Assembly: GCA_963775465.1 (NCBI GenBank)
Contig: CAVZIW010000003.1
Coordinates: 288,001 to 352,000 of the forward strand
Reading direction: 5' to 3'
Source of the DNA: Candidatus Bathyarchaeota archaeon
GTDB lineage: Archaea; Thermoproteota; Bathyarchaeia; Bathyarchaeales; Bathycorpusculaceae
DNA length: 64,000 nt
A model generated the notes under the pieces. It saw only the letters and a list, made by a program, of their open reading frames with translations, was not told the origin of the DNA and ran no database searches. The position numbers and the translations under genes are program-made. The first letter of the stretch is position 1; every line of letters starts with the position of its first letter. Below are positions 48,339 to 59,204 of this stretch, piece after piece.

Positions 48339-49232
48339 GTGAAAAGGTACTCTCATAATCCAATACTTGAGCCTATAGGTGCCCATTCTTGGGAATCAAG
48401 CTTGGTTTTTAACGCAGCAGTTTTTGCCACCGACAACCGTGTTCACATTCTCTACAGAGCAATGGGAACCGACAACGTATCACGCATAGGTTTAGCATCC
48501 TCTTCTGATGGATATTCGATAGACGAGCGTTTACCCCTCCCTGTTTTTAGCCCATCGAATGACACAGAAAGCCAAGGTTGTGAAGATCCAAGACTAAGCC
48601 TATTTGGCGATACACTAATTATGGCATATACCGCATTTGGAAACCATTTCAATCATCAAGTTTACCAGATTGCCCTGACATCCATAAAAACAGACGATTT
48701 TTTGGCTAGAAGATGGCAATGGGGCGAAAGAATCTTGACTTTTCCAGGGATCCATAACAAAGATGCTGTTCTATTTCCACAGAAATTTAACGGTGACTAT
48801 GTAATGTTTCACAGATTCGAACCTGATCTTTGTATTGCACGTTCGAACGACCTGCGCCGTTGGTATGGTTTAAAATACGTCATAGGACCAAGGGAAAGAG
48901 GTTGGGATTCCTGGAAAGTAGGTGCTGCAGGACCCCCTATGTTGATAAATGAAGGCTGGCTTCTGATCTATCATGGCGTAAGCGTAGAAAGAGTCTACTC
49001 ATTAGGTGTTGCTCTACTGGATAAGAATGACCCTGAGCAAGTTCTTTATCGCTCCGAAGAACCAATTCTGACACCTACAGAAGATTATGAACGCTATGGC
49101 AAAGTCCCAAACGTAGTTTTCAGTTGCGGGCAAGTCATGATGGATAACCAACTTCTAATCTATTATGGTGCTGCGGATAGCTCTTTGTGCGTTGCCAATG
49201 TTGAGCTTGCTGAACTTTTACCCAAAAAATAG
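48339..49232 (+). CDS. Glycoside hydrolase family 130 (beta-mannoside phosphorylase/hydrolase-like)
   Basis: NPIL, FNAA, LYRA, GCEDPR, NKD, YHGV, PNVVF, YYGAAD. Confidence 0.9.
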   Translation: MKRYSHNPILEPIGAHSWESSLVFNAAVFATDNRVHILYRAMGTDNVSRIGLASSSDGYSIDERLPLPVFSPSNDTESQGCEDPRLSLFGDTLIMAYTAFGNHFNHQVYQIALTSIKTDDFLARRWQWGERILTFPGIHNKDAVLFPQKFNGDYVMFHRFEPDLCIARSNDLRRWYGLKYVIGPRERGWDSWKVGAAGPPMLINEGWLLIYHGVSVERVYSLGVALLDKNDPEQVLYRSEEPILTPTEDYERYGKVPNVVFSCGQVMMDNQLLIYYGAADSSLCVANVELAELLPKK

Positions 49233-49376
49233 GTAGGTTGTCACGATTATCAGTAAATTTGCTGATTCTTTTAATACTTCCATAATTTAGTCGAGTCACA
49301 TAAGAAATCGTGGAAAACGGAAAAGCATTTTTTTTTATCTTCCCTATCAAGGACTACAATATTAGACAAATGGCTC

Positions 49377-49607
49377 TCAATGGGTTGGCAGAGGATTATT
49401 CGAAATAATAAAATTTCCAATTTCCAGGCTCAAAATTAATTGGTTCTGCTCGACAAAATTAGCTAGCATCTTATAGGAGCCAGCATCAATCGAATTTTTT
49501 TCAATATATAATACAAGACCGTCATCGGCTGTATCTAGCATTTTGGTATCTATGCCACAGTTTGCTTGAATTTCTCTTTTGTATTTCATTGCCTCAGACA
49601 CATTCAA
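49377..49607 (-). CDS. Small hypothetical protein
   Basis: 76-aa ORF with GGAG upstream; resembles 22255-22467. Confidence 0.55.
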   Translation of the reverse strand: MNVSEAMKYKREIQANCGIDTKMLDTADDGLVLYIEKNSIDAGSYKMLANFVEQNQLILSLEIGNFIISNNPLPTH

Positions 49608-49999
49608 TTTTAACTTCTCCTCGTTATGATTGGTTTCAAAAGGAAAGAAGACATGTTTAGCAAATAGAGAGGGCCTGATGTTTATGTATTACTACAGAAG
49701 CACGGTTCAAAATGCATGAAAAATCTGTATATGTCTAGAGCTGCCTTTTAAACGAAACTATATTCCAATAGATTAGAAAATATGGTCAAGGGGATTATGC
49801 CACTTTAACTTTATAGAAACCATAAAAGGTCAACTCAGAGTTAAAATTTCGAGTTCCTATCCTCGGGTGAAGGATTTCAAATACAAAACCTGATAAAATA
49901 GCATTAGCAGGAGGTAAAAATAGAGCTTGAGGATATTGGTTCACGTAAAGGTTAAATCATTCAGTCTGTGTAATATTGTGTTTTTCTGAGGGTAATTAC

Positions 50000-51229
50000 G
50001 TGACAAATAACAAACCTATTCCCTTATCTTCTGACGTCAACTGGGTGGGAGTCAACGACGCAGAAACTCCTCTTTTCGAAGAGCTATGGAGCATCCCTGA
50101 AGGTGTTTCTTTTAACTCTTACCTAATCAAGGGCTCAAAAAAAATTGCGTTAATTGATTCGGTCAATCAAAAATTCGCGCCTGAACATTTTGACAAAATT
50201 AGTAAACTGACTGACCTCGTAAACATAGACTATCTGGTCATTAACCACATGGAACCTGACCATACAGGGGCCGTACCTGAATTCCTTAAGAAAGCACCCA
50301 ACGCAAAAGTCGTCTTTACGCCCATCGCCCAAACCATCTTTAAAAAGTTCTACGGCTTTGACCCATCTGCGATCATAGTAAAGGGCGAAACAGACGAAAT
50401 TTCCTTAGGAAACAAAAATTTGAAGTTCATTCAAACACCCTGGCTTCATTGGCCAGAAACCATGAGTACCTACCTCGTGGAAAACCAGATTCTGTTCTGT
50501 TGCGACGCTTTTGGTGCCTTCAAAAAATTACCCAGTGATGCGATATTAGAATCCGATATAGATATGGTCAAGCAGAATCTTGACGCGAGCTCTCAAAAAT
50601 ACTTTGCCTCAGTCTTCAATGGGCAACGCGAATGGGTTCTAAAAGCCATTGAAAAATTTGACAAAATGAACCTTGAAATTAAAGTCTTAGCGCCAAGTCA
50701 TGGTCCAGTTTACACTGACAACGTCAAGAAAACCATAAGCAAATGGAGTTCTTGGAGCAAAGGTAATTACACGAAAACTGTTGTCGTGGTGTACGATACC
50801 ATGTATGGAATGACTGCAAAGTGCCTGGATGCAATTGGTAAGGGAGTTGGAGAAGTTGGAGGTAGAGTTCTAAGCTTTAATCTTTCTAAAGACACCGCTG
50901 TCGATGCATTAACTGCCTTGGTAGAGGCTCCAGCATTAATAATTGGTTCACCAACCTATGAACATGAGATATTTCCAAAGGTAGTTGATTTCTTGAATTT
51001 GCTTAAGACCAAAAAATTTTCAAACAGATGCGCTAGCAGATTCGGAAGCTTTGGATGGAGTGGAGAAGCGATGCGAAAACTCTCAGATGAGCTAACTACG
51101 TTGGGTTTCGAACTAGTAGGGGAACCGCTTTCATTTTTTGGTAGTCCTACAGAAGAAGACCTTGAAAAAGCAAGACAACTTGGCAAAGCTGTAGCGGAAA
51201 AGGCTTTTTCCAAATATAACATTATTTAA
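50000..51229 (+). CDS. fprA: Flavodiiron protein FprA (A-type flavoprotein)
   Basis: NHMEPDH, LHWPE, CDAFG, PSHG, flavodoxin domain FGSFGWSG; GTG start at 50000 assumed. Confidence 0.93.
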   Translation: MTNNKPIPLSSDVNWVGVNDAETPLFEELWSIPEGVSFNSYLIKGSKKIALIDSVNQKFAPEHFDKISKLTDLVNIDYLVINHMEPDHTGAVPEFLKKAPNAKVVFTPIAQTIFKKFYGFDPSAIIVKGETDEISLGNKNLKFIQTPWLHWPETMSTYLVENQILFCCDAFGAFKKLPSDAILESDIDMVKQNLDASSQKYFASVFNGQREWVLKAIEKFDKMNLEIKVLAPSHGPVYTDNVKKTISKWSSWSKGNYTKTVVVVYDTMYGMTAKCLDAIGKGVGEVGGRVLSFNLSKDTAVDALTALVEAPALIIGSPTYEHEIFPKVVDFLNLLKTKKFSNRCASRFGSFGWSGEAMRKLSDELTTLGFELVGEPLSFFGSPTEEDLEKARQLGKAVAEKAFSKYNII

Positions 51230-51315
51230 CTTCAGCGTTTGAGATTGTGACAACTTATTTCCCAAACATTAAAATCATGAATAAAAAATGAGCGCCAAAT
51301 GGAACGTGCATAATT

Positions 51316-52335
51316 CTATTTTTTAATTCTCTTTTTCTTGCTTTTTTTGCACTTTAAAGGTTTGTCTTTCCTTTTTTTCCTTTTAGATTTTATGGTTGAG
51401 AGTGTTTCTGAAAGAAGCTTTAGTTGTTCAATGTTTAATTTTGCCTCGTAAGCACGCGGTCTTATTTTGATGTTTTTTAGTAGGTGATAAAATTGGTCTC
51501 TTTCCAAGACAAATTTCTTTAAAACTTGGCTTGCGAGGTGGAGGTCACCTTCATCAGTTTCTAACCGGATTTTATCAAAGACTCGGGCTAATTGAATTAG
51601 TATTTTGCCACGTTGCTTGTTCAAATCAGCTATGTAAATTAAGTCGCCGAGTTTAAGCTCTCTAAAAGCGTTATAGCCAACGTCTCCTACTATTAGAAGT
51701 TCTTTTCCCAAATTCGTTTCCTTTCTTATTTTCTGAACTGTCTTTTCTGGAAAACGATTGAGAACTCCGATGTACCATTTATTAGCACATTCATCTGACC
51801 AATCCAAAATATTGGTATGTTCCTTAATTTTTTTCAAGCGGCAAGTTGCCTTTTTTTTATTTAAGCTCCACAACTTCTTGTGATTCTTTAAATCGCCTAT
51901 TGATTTTGCGTATTGCCATAAATTTTCAGTGAAAAAATTTTTTATTTTATTTATTTCTGCATTTTCTATTAGTACCCCAACATTAATGCCGCTTGAGAAG
52001 TCAGTTTCTATTAGCTCTGCTGAAGTTACTATTGCAGCATTATCAAATATGAAAATATTTGACTCAACCCTGTCACATGCTTTGACACTATCTTTAAAGT
52101 GTTCTCGCAAATACTGAAATTCATATGGATTAATTTCGCTATGCTTTACTGTTGTATCGTTTAGGGGAAAGACAAACCGAATGTCTACTGGAGGACACTT
52201 TAAAATTTCTTGTGAAAGAATCTTGTGCGCATCTGTCCCAAGCTGCAAAGAACTTACCCATAGAGTTTCTTTGGACTGGGAAGATAGACGTTGAATTATT
52301 TCATACAGTTCAGAATAAGAGAGAAATTTAGCCAT
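51316..52335 (-). CDS. Hypothetical protein with degenerate PLD-like N-terminal domain and basic tail
   Basis: VESNIFIFDNAAIVTSAEL aligns by eye to LHAKxxxxD...GSANL. Confidence 0.55.
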   Translation of the reverse strand: MAKFLSYSELYEIIQRLSSQSKETLWVSSLQLGTDAHKILSQEILKCPPVDIRFVFPLNDTTVKHSEINPYEFQYLREHFKDSVKACDRVESNIFIFDNAAIVTSAELIETDFSSGINVGVLIENAEINKIKNFFTENLWQYAKSIGDLKNHKKLWSLNKKKATCRLKKIKEHTNILDWSDECANKWYIGVLNRFPEKTVQKIRKETNLGKELLIVGDVGYNAFRELKLGDLIYIADLNKQRGKILIQLARVFDKIRLETDEGDLHLASQVLKKFVLERDQFYHLLKNIKIRPRAYEAKLNIEQLKLLSETLSTIKSKRKKRKDKPLKCKKSKKKRIKK

Positions 52336-52621
52336 ACACTTACAAGTGCTTTTTCACATAAAAATTTTTCACATAAACAAGAAGGCTGAGAGTGTCTAAA
52401 CTGTGGTTTGTTCCATTAAGATCTATTTGCTTGCACTTGTTTCTGTGAATTAGCCTTTTGAGAATTCCTGCAAATTTAGTTAATCCCAGAGTTAAAAAGA
52501 AAACGCTGGCGAAATCTCTGCTGTAAGCCTATCTTTAGAATTTAATTATTTTTTAGGAACTTAAAGTAAGCTTGAATTGGTAGACTATCATTTCGTTTAG
52601 TACATATTTGCAGTTTTGTGT

Positions 52622-52918
52622 TTATGGGCAATTACGGTAATTTTTAATTGGCGACATCGGAATGGTGAAAGTCTCTAACACGCCCTCAACTAAGCGAATC
52701 TTGTCGCTAACAAAATGCAGCGCATTGGCGTTAGTGTCGGCTTGGAATAAAACGGCAAAATCCCATTCGCCAAGCATTTGATATGCTTCTTCTAGTTTTA
52801 CTCCATCGATGGGTTGTTGGCTGAATTCCATTAAGGGTTCATAAATCTTAGCAGCCATATTGGGGCTAATCTTAATTAACGTAAGGTATTTTTGACCAAA
52901 ATTGCTCAAGGATCGCAC
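52622..52918 (-). CDS. GYD/AsnC-ligand-binding-like ferredoxin-fold protein
   Basis: AYQMLGEWDFAVLFQA...IRLVEGVLETFT. Confidence 0.65.
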   Translation of the reverse strand: MRSLSNFGQKYLTLIKISPNMAAKIYEPLMEFSQQPIDGVKLEEAYQMLGEWDFAVLFQADTNANALHFVSDKIRLVEGVLETFTIPMSPIKNYRNCP

Positions 52919-52981
52919 CTAAAAGCAAACTGTTAATGCACCCTAAAAAACATAATGCTCGAAAGCTAGAGCAGCGTTATT

Positions 52982-55012
52982 TTAAGCTTTTTTGGGTTTG
53001 AATATTCTTTTTCTATAAATAGTCAACAGAACCAAAATTGCAATTCCTGCGACTGCAATCAAATAGTAAATAGTATTCAAGCTGTTACTGTTGTTACTGC
53101 TGTTAACCACAACAAAAGGACGCATCATCTCATTGTCTTCATGGTCTAGTATGTGGCAATGCCAAACGTAACCTGGTCCACTTGTGGGGTCAAATTGGTA
53201 GTTTGAGCCATCTTCGGAAGCAAAACGGATTCTAATGGTTGTAACCGAACCTGCATCAGCTTGAATTGTATCCTTCCAACATTGCTCATTTAACTTAGGC
53301 TTAGTAGGGGAACCCAAAAGATAGGAATCTAACGAAGAAACATTTACAGTTGTGTGATTAAGTGGCGGTTCTCCATTAAGATTAATCCAACTTTCCAGGT
53401 AATTCGCAGAATTAAGAAGTTGACGTTGGACTAGTTGAAACTGAACAAGATGTAAATGAATCGGATGTGAACCCATTGTTGGATTAACAATAACCCATTC
53501 TTCTGTTGTGCCCAATTCAGGTTTTTCAGAGGTAGGAGCACCCCAAAGTTGTCCGTCGAGTAGCAATGCTACAGTTTTTGGAAAAACGCCTTGTTCAATC
53601 AGGGTGAAGGTTCTGGTTTTTGTTGGAGCGGGTAAGGATGGAAAATCACCGTTGAGTGTTGGGTTTAGGTTAGTGGGTAATGTTTTTGGTGTCTCACCCT
53701 TTTGTGAGGCGACGGTAAATTGGGCAATTTGGCCGACTGTTTTTTTCTCATCAGCGTTTAAAAATATACCCTGATTTTGAAGCGTTACTTTTTCTCCTGG
53801 TTGCAGCTTAGAAAAGTCAACTAGTAAATCTACTCTTTCTCCAGGTGCAATTGTTAGGGAAGTAAGTTGGGCAGGAGTCTTAAGGTAACCTCCATCGCTG
53901 CCTATTTGAGTGAAGGCCATGCTGTTGGAGAAATGTAATGTGTAGTAGCGGGAGTTTGAGCCATCCAAAATTCTGAGGCGATATTGACCTTGCTTCACAT
54001 CCATGTTTGGCCATACTTTGCCGTTAACCATAATGGTATTCCCCAGAAAAGTTGGGTTCCAATAGGGGTGAACACTGGGATCGGTGCCTTCAGAGGGAAA
54101 GTAAAGAGATCCATCGGTAAGAAAAGTTCTGTCTTGAATGACAAGCGGAATTTCATATTCGCCGCTAGGTAACAATGTTGCGATGGGATCCTCTATGCCG
54201 TTAAGGAGGTAAAAGCCTGCAAGACCTGACATGACAGTTAATCGAGTTATCCCCAATGAATGGTCATGGTACCAAAGTGTTGTGGGTGGTTGTTGATTCG
54301 GGTAAATCATAATCGCTGAATTCATATCTGTTGGTACCGCAGTGTTATAATCAGGACCATGTAACCCGTTTGCCGTCCACCATGCAAGAGGATTTCCATC
54401 TGACGCTGAAGGAGTTTCTCCTCCATGTAAGTGAATAGAGATCGGTACAGGGCTTTGAGCATCAGTATATCCAAACGGGAATTCTGAGGCAGTTGCTGGG
54501 TTTGGCATCTCCATGCTATTTGGGTTTGCCCAATGGATAGTTGGGTCAACTTTAAACAGGTTAACTAAAGGATTGCCAGATGTGTCAACTAAATCATTTG
54601 TCCATTTCACTTGAATAGGTATTCCTTGGTTTGCTTCGAAAGTTCCTCCTGGAGTGCTTTGAACTGAACCTAAGCTTATCCCCGAAATTGAATTGCTTGC
54701 TTCGCCTTCAAATCCCCAAACTGTAGTTAACTTAAAGTCTGTTGGTTTCCCATCGGAGTCTAGCGTAGGTAGTATTTGCTGTTTAAATTCAGTTACGTTA
54801 ATTGCGTATTCTTGGCGAATTAATGTTCCTGTAGTATCAGTGATGTTTATAGGCGTGTATACAGGAGGAATTTCCAACTTATTTGTCCACTGAGGAATCG
54901 ACATTGGATCTAAAATGTTGGGAGTTTGAGCATTGACGTTTTGAACAATAATGCTTGGAATAAACCCTAACAAGAAGGTCAATATCAATACCATTGAAGC
55001 TATCTTTTTCAT
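52982..55012 (-). CDS. Membrane-anchored multicopper oxidase (CotA/bilirubin oxidase-like)
   Basis: HLHG, WYHDH, HPIHLH, WHCHILDHEDNEM; signal peptide and C-terminal TM. Confidence 0.93.
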   Translation of the reverse strand: MKKIASMVLILTFLLGFIPSIIVQNVNAQTPNILDPMSIPQWTNKLEIPPVYTPINITDTTGTLIRQEYAINVTEFKQQILPTLDSDGKPTDFKLTTVWGFEGEASNSISGISLGSVQSTPGGTFEANQGIPIQVKWTNDLVDTSGNPLVNLFKVDPTIHWANPNSMEMPNPATASEFPFGYTDAQSPVPISIHLHGGETPSASDGNPLAWWTANGLHGPDYNTAVPTDMNSAIMIYPNQQPPTTLWYHDHSLGITRLTVMSGLAGFYLLNGIEDPIATLLPSGEYEIPLVIQDRTFLTDGSLYFPSEGTDPSVHPYWNPTFLGNTIMVNGKVWPNMDVKQGQYRLRILDGSNSRYYTLHFSNSMAFTQIGSDGGYLKTPAQLTSLTIAPGERVDLLVDFSKLQPGEKVTLQNQGIFLNADEKKTVGQIAQFTVASQKGETPKTLPTNLNPTLNGDFPSLPAPTKTRTFTLIEQGVFPKTVALLLDGQLWGAPTSEKPELGTTEEWVIVNPTMGSHPIHLHLVQFQLVQRQLLNSANYLESWINLNGEPPLNHTTVNVSSLDSYLLGSPTKPKLNEQCWKDTIQADAGSVTTIRIRFASEDGSNYQFDPTSGPGYVWHCHILDHEDNEMMRPFVVVNSSNNSNSLNTIYYLIAVAGIAILVLLTIYRKRIFKPKKA

Positions 55013-55266
55013 TTTTAGTCTCTTAAAAACAGTATCTACTACTACCTTAGCTCCACGGAATATTTAAGAATAATGCGAAACCAATTATTTTTCGTTAGTG
55101 GCGGATATTTTTGAGAATTATTTAACAACTTTTATTTTTTCAATATTACTGTATTGCTTGTTAGAAATAGAAATTTCATGTTTTCTACGAAAAATAAAAC
55201 GAGTTGAAGGCAGAAAATTAATATTTCGCCCTTACTCAAAACATGCGAGTGTAAGGTGAAGTAGAG

Positions 55267-55479
55267 TTGAGTTTTGGAGGGCTGAAAGAATTAAGCGCGA
55301 TTCAGCAAGCATTAGTTTTTGGTTTGTTGCTGTTGTCGATTTTAACGATCTATTATGTTGACATTAGTTGGACCTTCAAGTTAGGAATAGGCGTTTTGAC
55401 GTTTGCACTTATTTTCTTAGTAATATCTGCAACTGCACTACTTAGGCAACAAAAAGAAATGAGAAAAGCCCAATCTTAA
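55267..55479 (+). CDS. Small two-TM membrane protein
   Basis: AGGTGA upstream; two hydrophobic helices. Confidence 0.6.
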   Translation: MSFGGLKELSAIQQALVFGLLLLSILTIYYVDISWTFKLGIGVLTFALIFLVISATALLRQQKEMRKAQS

Positions 55480-55798
55480 ACAATTCCTTTTGTCTGTCAC
55501 TTTCAATGTCCTCCCCATTATTGCTTAATGTTGTTATGATGCAGCTTAAATCAGCAAAAACGAGAGAAAACTCTTCGTGAAGAAAAGAGACAAAAGCAAT
55601 GCGGCAGAATCTTGTTAAACCATCCGTTGTTTAAACGACCAAAACTAAAAAGTGTTTTTCATTGAACATACCTGGTGTGATGAGCTTTTTTCAAGGTTTG
55701 CTCAATGCGGTTTTGTTGTCCTTTTTGTGTCACCCTCCGTGCTTTTTTCACAATGAAACAATCTGTCGACACAAGTTTGATGAATGCAAAAGAATTAT

Positions 55799-56251
55799 TC
55801 AAAATTCAGTTGAATCCTCTGGCTGTCTGATCCAGACTTTAACATTACTTTGGAGCCGGATTCTTCCTTCTGTCTGCATGAGCTTTATTTGCGTGTGAAC
55901 AAACCTATCATCTTCACAATTAAATTCTTTCTTTACAACATCTTCAAGCTTAGGTAGCGAGATGTGTTCGACCGCGCCAACAATATCCCAGAAATGAACC
56001 TGAATCTTTTGCCTCTTCTTCTGATATTCAATTTCAGAAGGTTTAACCATATCTGTTCTATCTCGCGCAGTAAGGCCATTCATTCTTTTCCTTATGATGC
56101 CTAACACATTCTTCACAATTACCGTGTCGTGGGCAATCTCTATTGGGACAAGGACAATTAGGCGCTGTAACTGACATAACCAATAATTACTTGCGCTAAG
56201 AATATATTCATTAAGTATTTGTACGAAATTTACTTCCGTGTTCAATAACAT
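55799..56251 (-). CDS. Hypothetical protein (true start probably further downstream in the ORF)
   Basis: C-terminal half is plausible and wHTH-like; N-terminal extension doubtful. Confidence 0.4.
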   Translation of the reverse strand: MLLNTEVNFVQILNEYILSASNYWLCQLQRLIVLVPIEIAHDTVIVKNVLGIIRKRMNGLTARDRTDMVKPSEIEYQKKRQKIQVHFWDIVGAVEHISLPKLEDVVKKEFNCEDDRFVHTQIKLMQTEGRIRLQSNVKVWIRQPEDSTEF

Positions 56252-56437
56252 TTTTTATTGAGGGGAAAACTACCGAAATTGGCTCGCTCATTTATGGCTG
56301 AGGATCACTGCTTTGGTGCGCATATTGTGTTGTCTAAAAAATTAGTCGTTTTTAAGTAAGATTCACTTCCCAATGTGGCGGTTTCTTTTCTATCAGGTGA
56401 ATTAGTTTATCTGCTAAATGTACGAGCTTTAGAAAGT

Positions 56438-58396
56438 CTAAAGAAAAAGTGCTAGCAGCCTAAACGCTAAGCCCCCGATTAGAAGGGCGGCGCCTATGTT
56501 GGCTGCTGTAATCACCGTTGTGGCTTTCCAACCGAATTCTTTTGCGAGAATAGCCATTGTCGACAAGCACGGTATATACAGCATCGCTACAAGCGCTATA
56601 ACAATCAGCTGGATCGGTGTAAAAAAGAGACCCAGATTGGTGGAGCCAAAAATTGCTACCGCACCCAAAATAATTAGTTCTTTTCGTACCACGCCAAGAA
56701 CTAGTAGAATTCCAGCAGCAGCTGGCAGTCCAAGCCACAAAACAGTCAAAGGTGACAGTGCATTGCTAATCGGCGTTATCACATTGTAGACATAGAGCGC
56801 TTGAACCAGAGCACTGCCAACGATGTATATGGGAAAGACAATGTAGATTATTGATTTGGTTCGTGTCCAAGTTTGCTTTGCTACAATCCTTATGGAAGGT
56901 CTTTTGAAAGAACTCATTTCCATGATTAAGCCTGTAGATTTACCGGGAACAACCTTCATGGCGACTCTGCCTAAAGCGAAGATAATGGCAATATCAACAA
57001 CGTAGAGAAGTAGTGCCCATTGTATGCCGACAAATAATCCAACCATGCCGAACAGCACAATTGTTCTTGCTGAGCAAGGCGCGAATGTTATGGCAAAAGC
57101 TGCTAAAAGTCGTTCTCGTCTGGTTTCCATAATTTTACATGCGTGAATTGCTGGTACACTGCACCCATAGCCAAGAATTATTGGAATTAGTGCTTTTCCG
57201 TGTAAACCCATTTTGTGCATTGCGCTATCCATCATAAACGCCACTCGTGTTAGAACACCCGAATCTTCAACTACCGCCAAAAGAAAATAAAACGGGATAA
57301 CGAATGGGATGATCAAGGTCAAACCTGCATTGAATCCGCCCCAAACCCCATTCAGAATTATCGACAAAATTGGTTGGGATGCCGACAAAGCAGGGTCAAC
57401 AGGTTTGATTACACTCAACGCCCCTGAAATTAAGTTTGATAAACCATTACCCACAAAAAACGTCCAAAGCAACAAACCAGCAATGACTCCAACTGCAGTG
57501 AAATATCCCAAAATATGATGAGTAGTTAACCACTCAAGCTTGTCGGAAAAAGTGCTTTTCACTTCGCTTTGTTGAAGAGCAGACGCTGCGATAGAATTCG
57601 CAATGGCATAACGTTCAGACGCAATGACTGAAAAGCATGCTTCTTGACAAAGAGTCGACATTTCCTTCGATATTCGTAATGCAGACTCTATAGTCACCTT
57701 CGATTGGGCGGAGACCATCTTAATAATTTCTGTATCGCCTTCCAGTAACTTTATAGCAAGCCACCGAGGCGGATAATTAAGTTGAATCCCTTCTCTTTCA
57801 ACAATATTTTCGAGCTTTTTAATGCTCTCTTCAACGTTTTTTCTGTAATTTAGAGGTTGCGTTTTGGGATGGGAAAGAGCAACATTCACCGCTTCGCCCA
57901 TGAGTTCATAGATTCCCTCACCACGGGTAGCAACAGTAAACACGACTGGAACGCCCAAAGCTTCCTGCAACTTTTCTTTGTCGATAATTATGCCTTTTTT
58001 CTTAGCTTCATCCACTTGGTTTAAGCAAACAACTAATGGGGCGCCCATTTCAATTAGTTGTATTGTAAAGAAAAGGTTACGTTCAAGAATCGAAGCATCA
58101 AGTACATTAATTACAACATCAGGCTTCTCAAGAGCTATATAATCGCGTGAAACAAGTTCTTCCATCGAAAAAGTTGAAAAAGAATAAATCCCAGGCAGAT
58201 CAATTACCCTAATATCATAACCTTCATAGTGCAAGGTACCTTCTGCGCGGTCAACAGTTTTTCCCGGCCAGTTTCCGATAATCTGATTTGAACCAGTTAA
58301 CTGATTGAAAAGCACGCTTTTTCCGACATTAGCGTTTCCAGCTAGTGCTGCAGTAAATAAATTTCTGTCTGTTTTGTTATTTTTCTTATCAGTCAG
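56438..58396 (-). CDS. feoB: Ferrous iron transporter FeoB
   Basis: G1 motif AGNANVGKS lies upstream of the track ORF; [11 protein letters not shown], gate domains LGYGCSVPA and PCSAR; apparent CTG/ATT start after GGTGA. Confidence 0.93.
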   Translation of the reverse strand: MTDKKNNKTDRNLFTAALAGNANVGKSVLFNQLTGSNQIIGNWPGKTVDRAEGTLHYEGYDIRVIDLPGIYSFSTFSMEELVSRDYIALEKPDVVINVLDASILERNLFFTIQLIEMGAPLVVCLNQVDEAKKKGIIIDKEKLQEALGVPVVFTVATRGEGIYELMGEAVNVALSHPKTQPLNYRKNVEESIKKLENIVEREGIQLNYPPRWLAIKLLEGDTEIIKMVSAQSKVTIESALRISKEMSTLCQEACFSVIASERYAIANSIAASALQQSEVKSTFSDKLEWLTTHHILGYFTAVGVIAGLLLWTFFVGNGLSNLISGALSVIKPVDPALSASQPILSIILNGVWGGFNAGLTLIIPFVIPFYFLLAVVEDSGVLTRVAFMMDSAMHKMGLHGKALIPIILGYGCSVPAIHACKIMETRRERLLAAFAITFAPCSARTIVLFGMVGLFVGIQWALLLYVVDIAIIFALGRVAMKVVPGKSTGLIMEMSSFKRPSIRIVAKQTWTRTKSIIYIVFPIYIVGSALVQALYVYNVITPISNALSPLTVLWLGLPAAAGILLVLGVVRKELIILGAVAIFGSTNLGLFFTPIQLIVIALVAMLYIPCLSTMAILAKEFGWKATTVITAANIGAALLIGGLAFRLLALFL

Positions 58397-58420
58397 AATA
58401 ATTAATCACCTAGACTTTTC

Positions 58421-59134
58421 TTAACCTTGAGGATCAACGAAAACTTTTGAGGCTATACCTCTGCCTAATGCCAATTTAGAGCCTCGAACTAAAACTTGAA
58501 TGGGGCCCTCGAAGGGTGCTGCTTTAATCAAGGTTATTTTTGTACTAGGGGTTAGCCCCATATCTAAGAGTCGTTGAAGAACATTATGACCGCCTCTAAT
58601 GAAGGAAATTCTGCCAGTTTGTCCTTCTTTGAGTTCGCTTAAAGCAATGAGGTTTTCTCTTCTCTTACCTACTTCTTCTAGACCTTGATTGTGGAGTTGG
58701 ATGCATTCTTCGCAGCTAGAAAAAGGTAAGTTGCATGCTGGAATTGTCTCGCCATCGTCAGAACATGTATCGGGATGTTTTAAGAAACGGCATAACGATT
58801 CTTCTGCCTCGTCGGAGAGGGTATGCTCCATTTGGCAGGCTTGGGTATGGACTTTATCTTTTCCTATGTGCAAGATGTCTGACAGGAAGGTTTCAAGTAA
58901 GCGGTGTTTTCGGGCTACTTTTTTTGCTTCTTCAAGACCTTTTTCGGTGAGGGTGCTGCCGTGGTAAGGTGAGTAGTCTATGTAACCTTCGTGAGCGAGT
59001 TTCTTGAGCATTTCAGTGACGCTAGCTGGAGCTACGCCTAGTTTTTCAGAGATTTCTGTTGTGTTAACGAGTTCTTCGTTTTTTGACAAACTGTAGACAG
59101 TTTTTAAGTAGTCTTGGGTTGATTTTTGTGCCAT
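58421..59134 (-). CDS. DtxR/MntR-family metal-dependent regulator with C-terminal FeoA domain
   Basis: QDYLKTVY, SVTEMLKKL, RKHRLLETFL, ACQMEH, RLLDMGLTP...VRGSKLALGRG. Confidence 0.92.
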   Translation of the reverse strand: MAQKSTQDYLKTVYSLSKNEELVNTTEISEKLGVAPASVTEMLKKLAHEGYIDYSPYHGSTLTEKGLEEAKKVARKHRLLETFLSDILHIGKDKVHTQACQMEHTLSDEAEESLCRFLKHPDTCSDDGETIPACNLPFSSCEECIQLHNQGLEEVGKRRENLIALSELKEGQTGRISFIRGGHNVLQRLLDMGLTPSTKITLIKAAPFEGPIQVLVRGSKLALGRGIASKVFVDPQG

Positions 59135-59148
59135 CTTTACTCACCTTT

Positions 59149-59204
59149 TTTAGGCATACCTAAATTTGTGGTTTAAACCTAATAAATGTTTAGGCAAGCC
59201 TAAA
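59149..59204. promoter_or_regulatory. DtxR-type operator boxes
   Basis: TTTAGGCATACCTAAA (59149-59164) and TTTAGGCAAGCCTAAA (59189-59204) upstream of the regulator-feoB operon. Confidence 0.75.
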
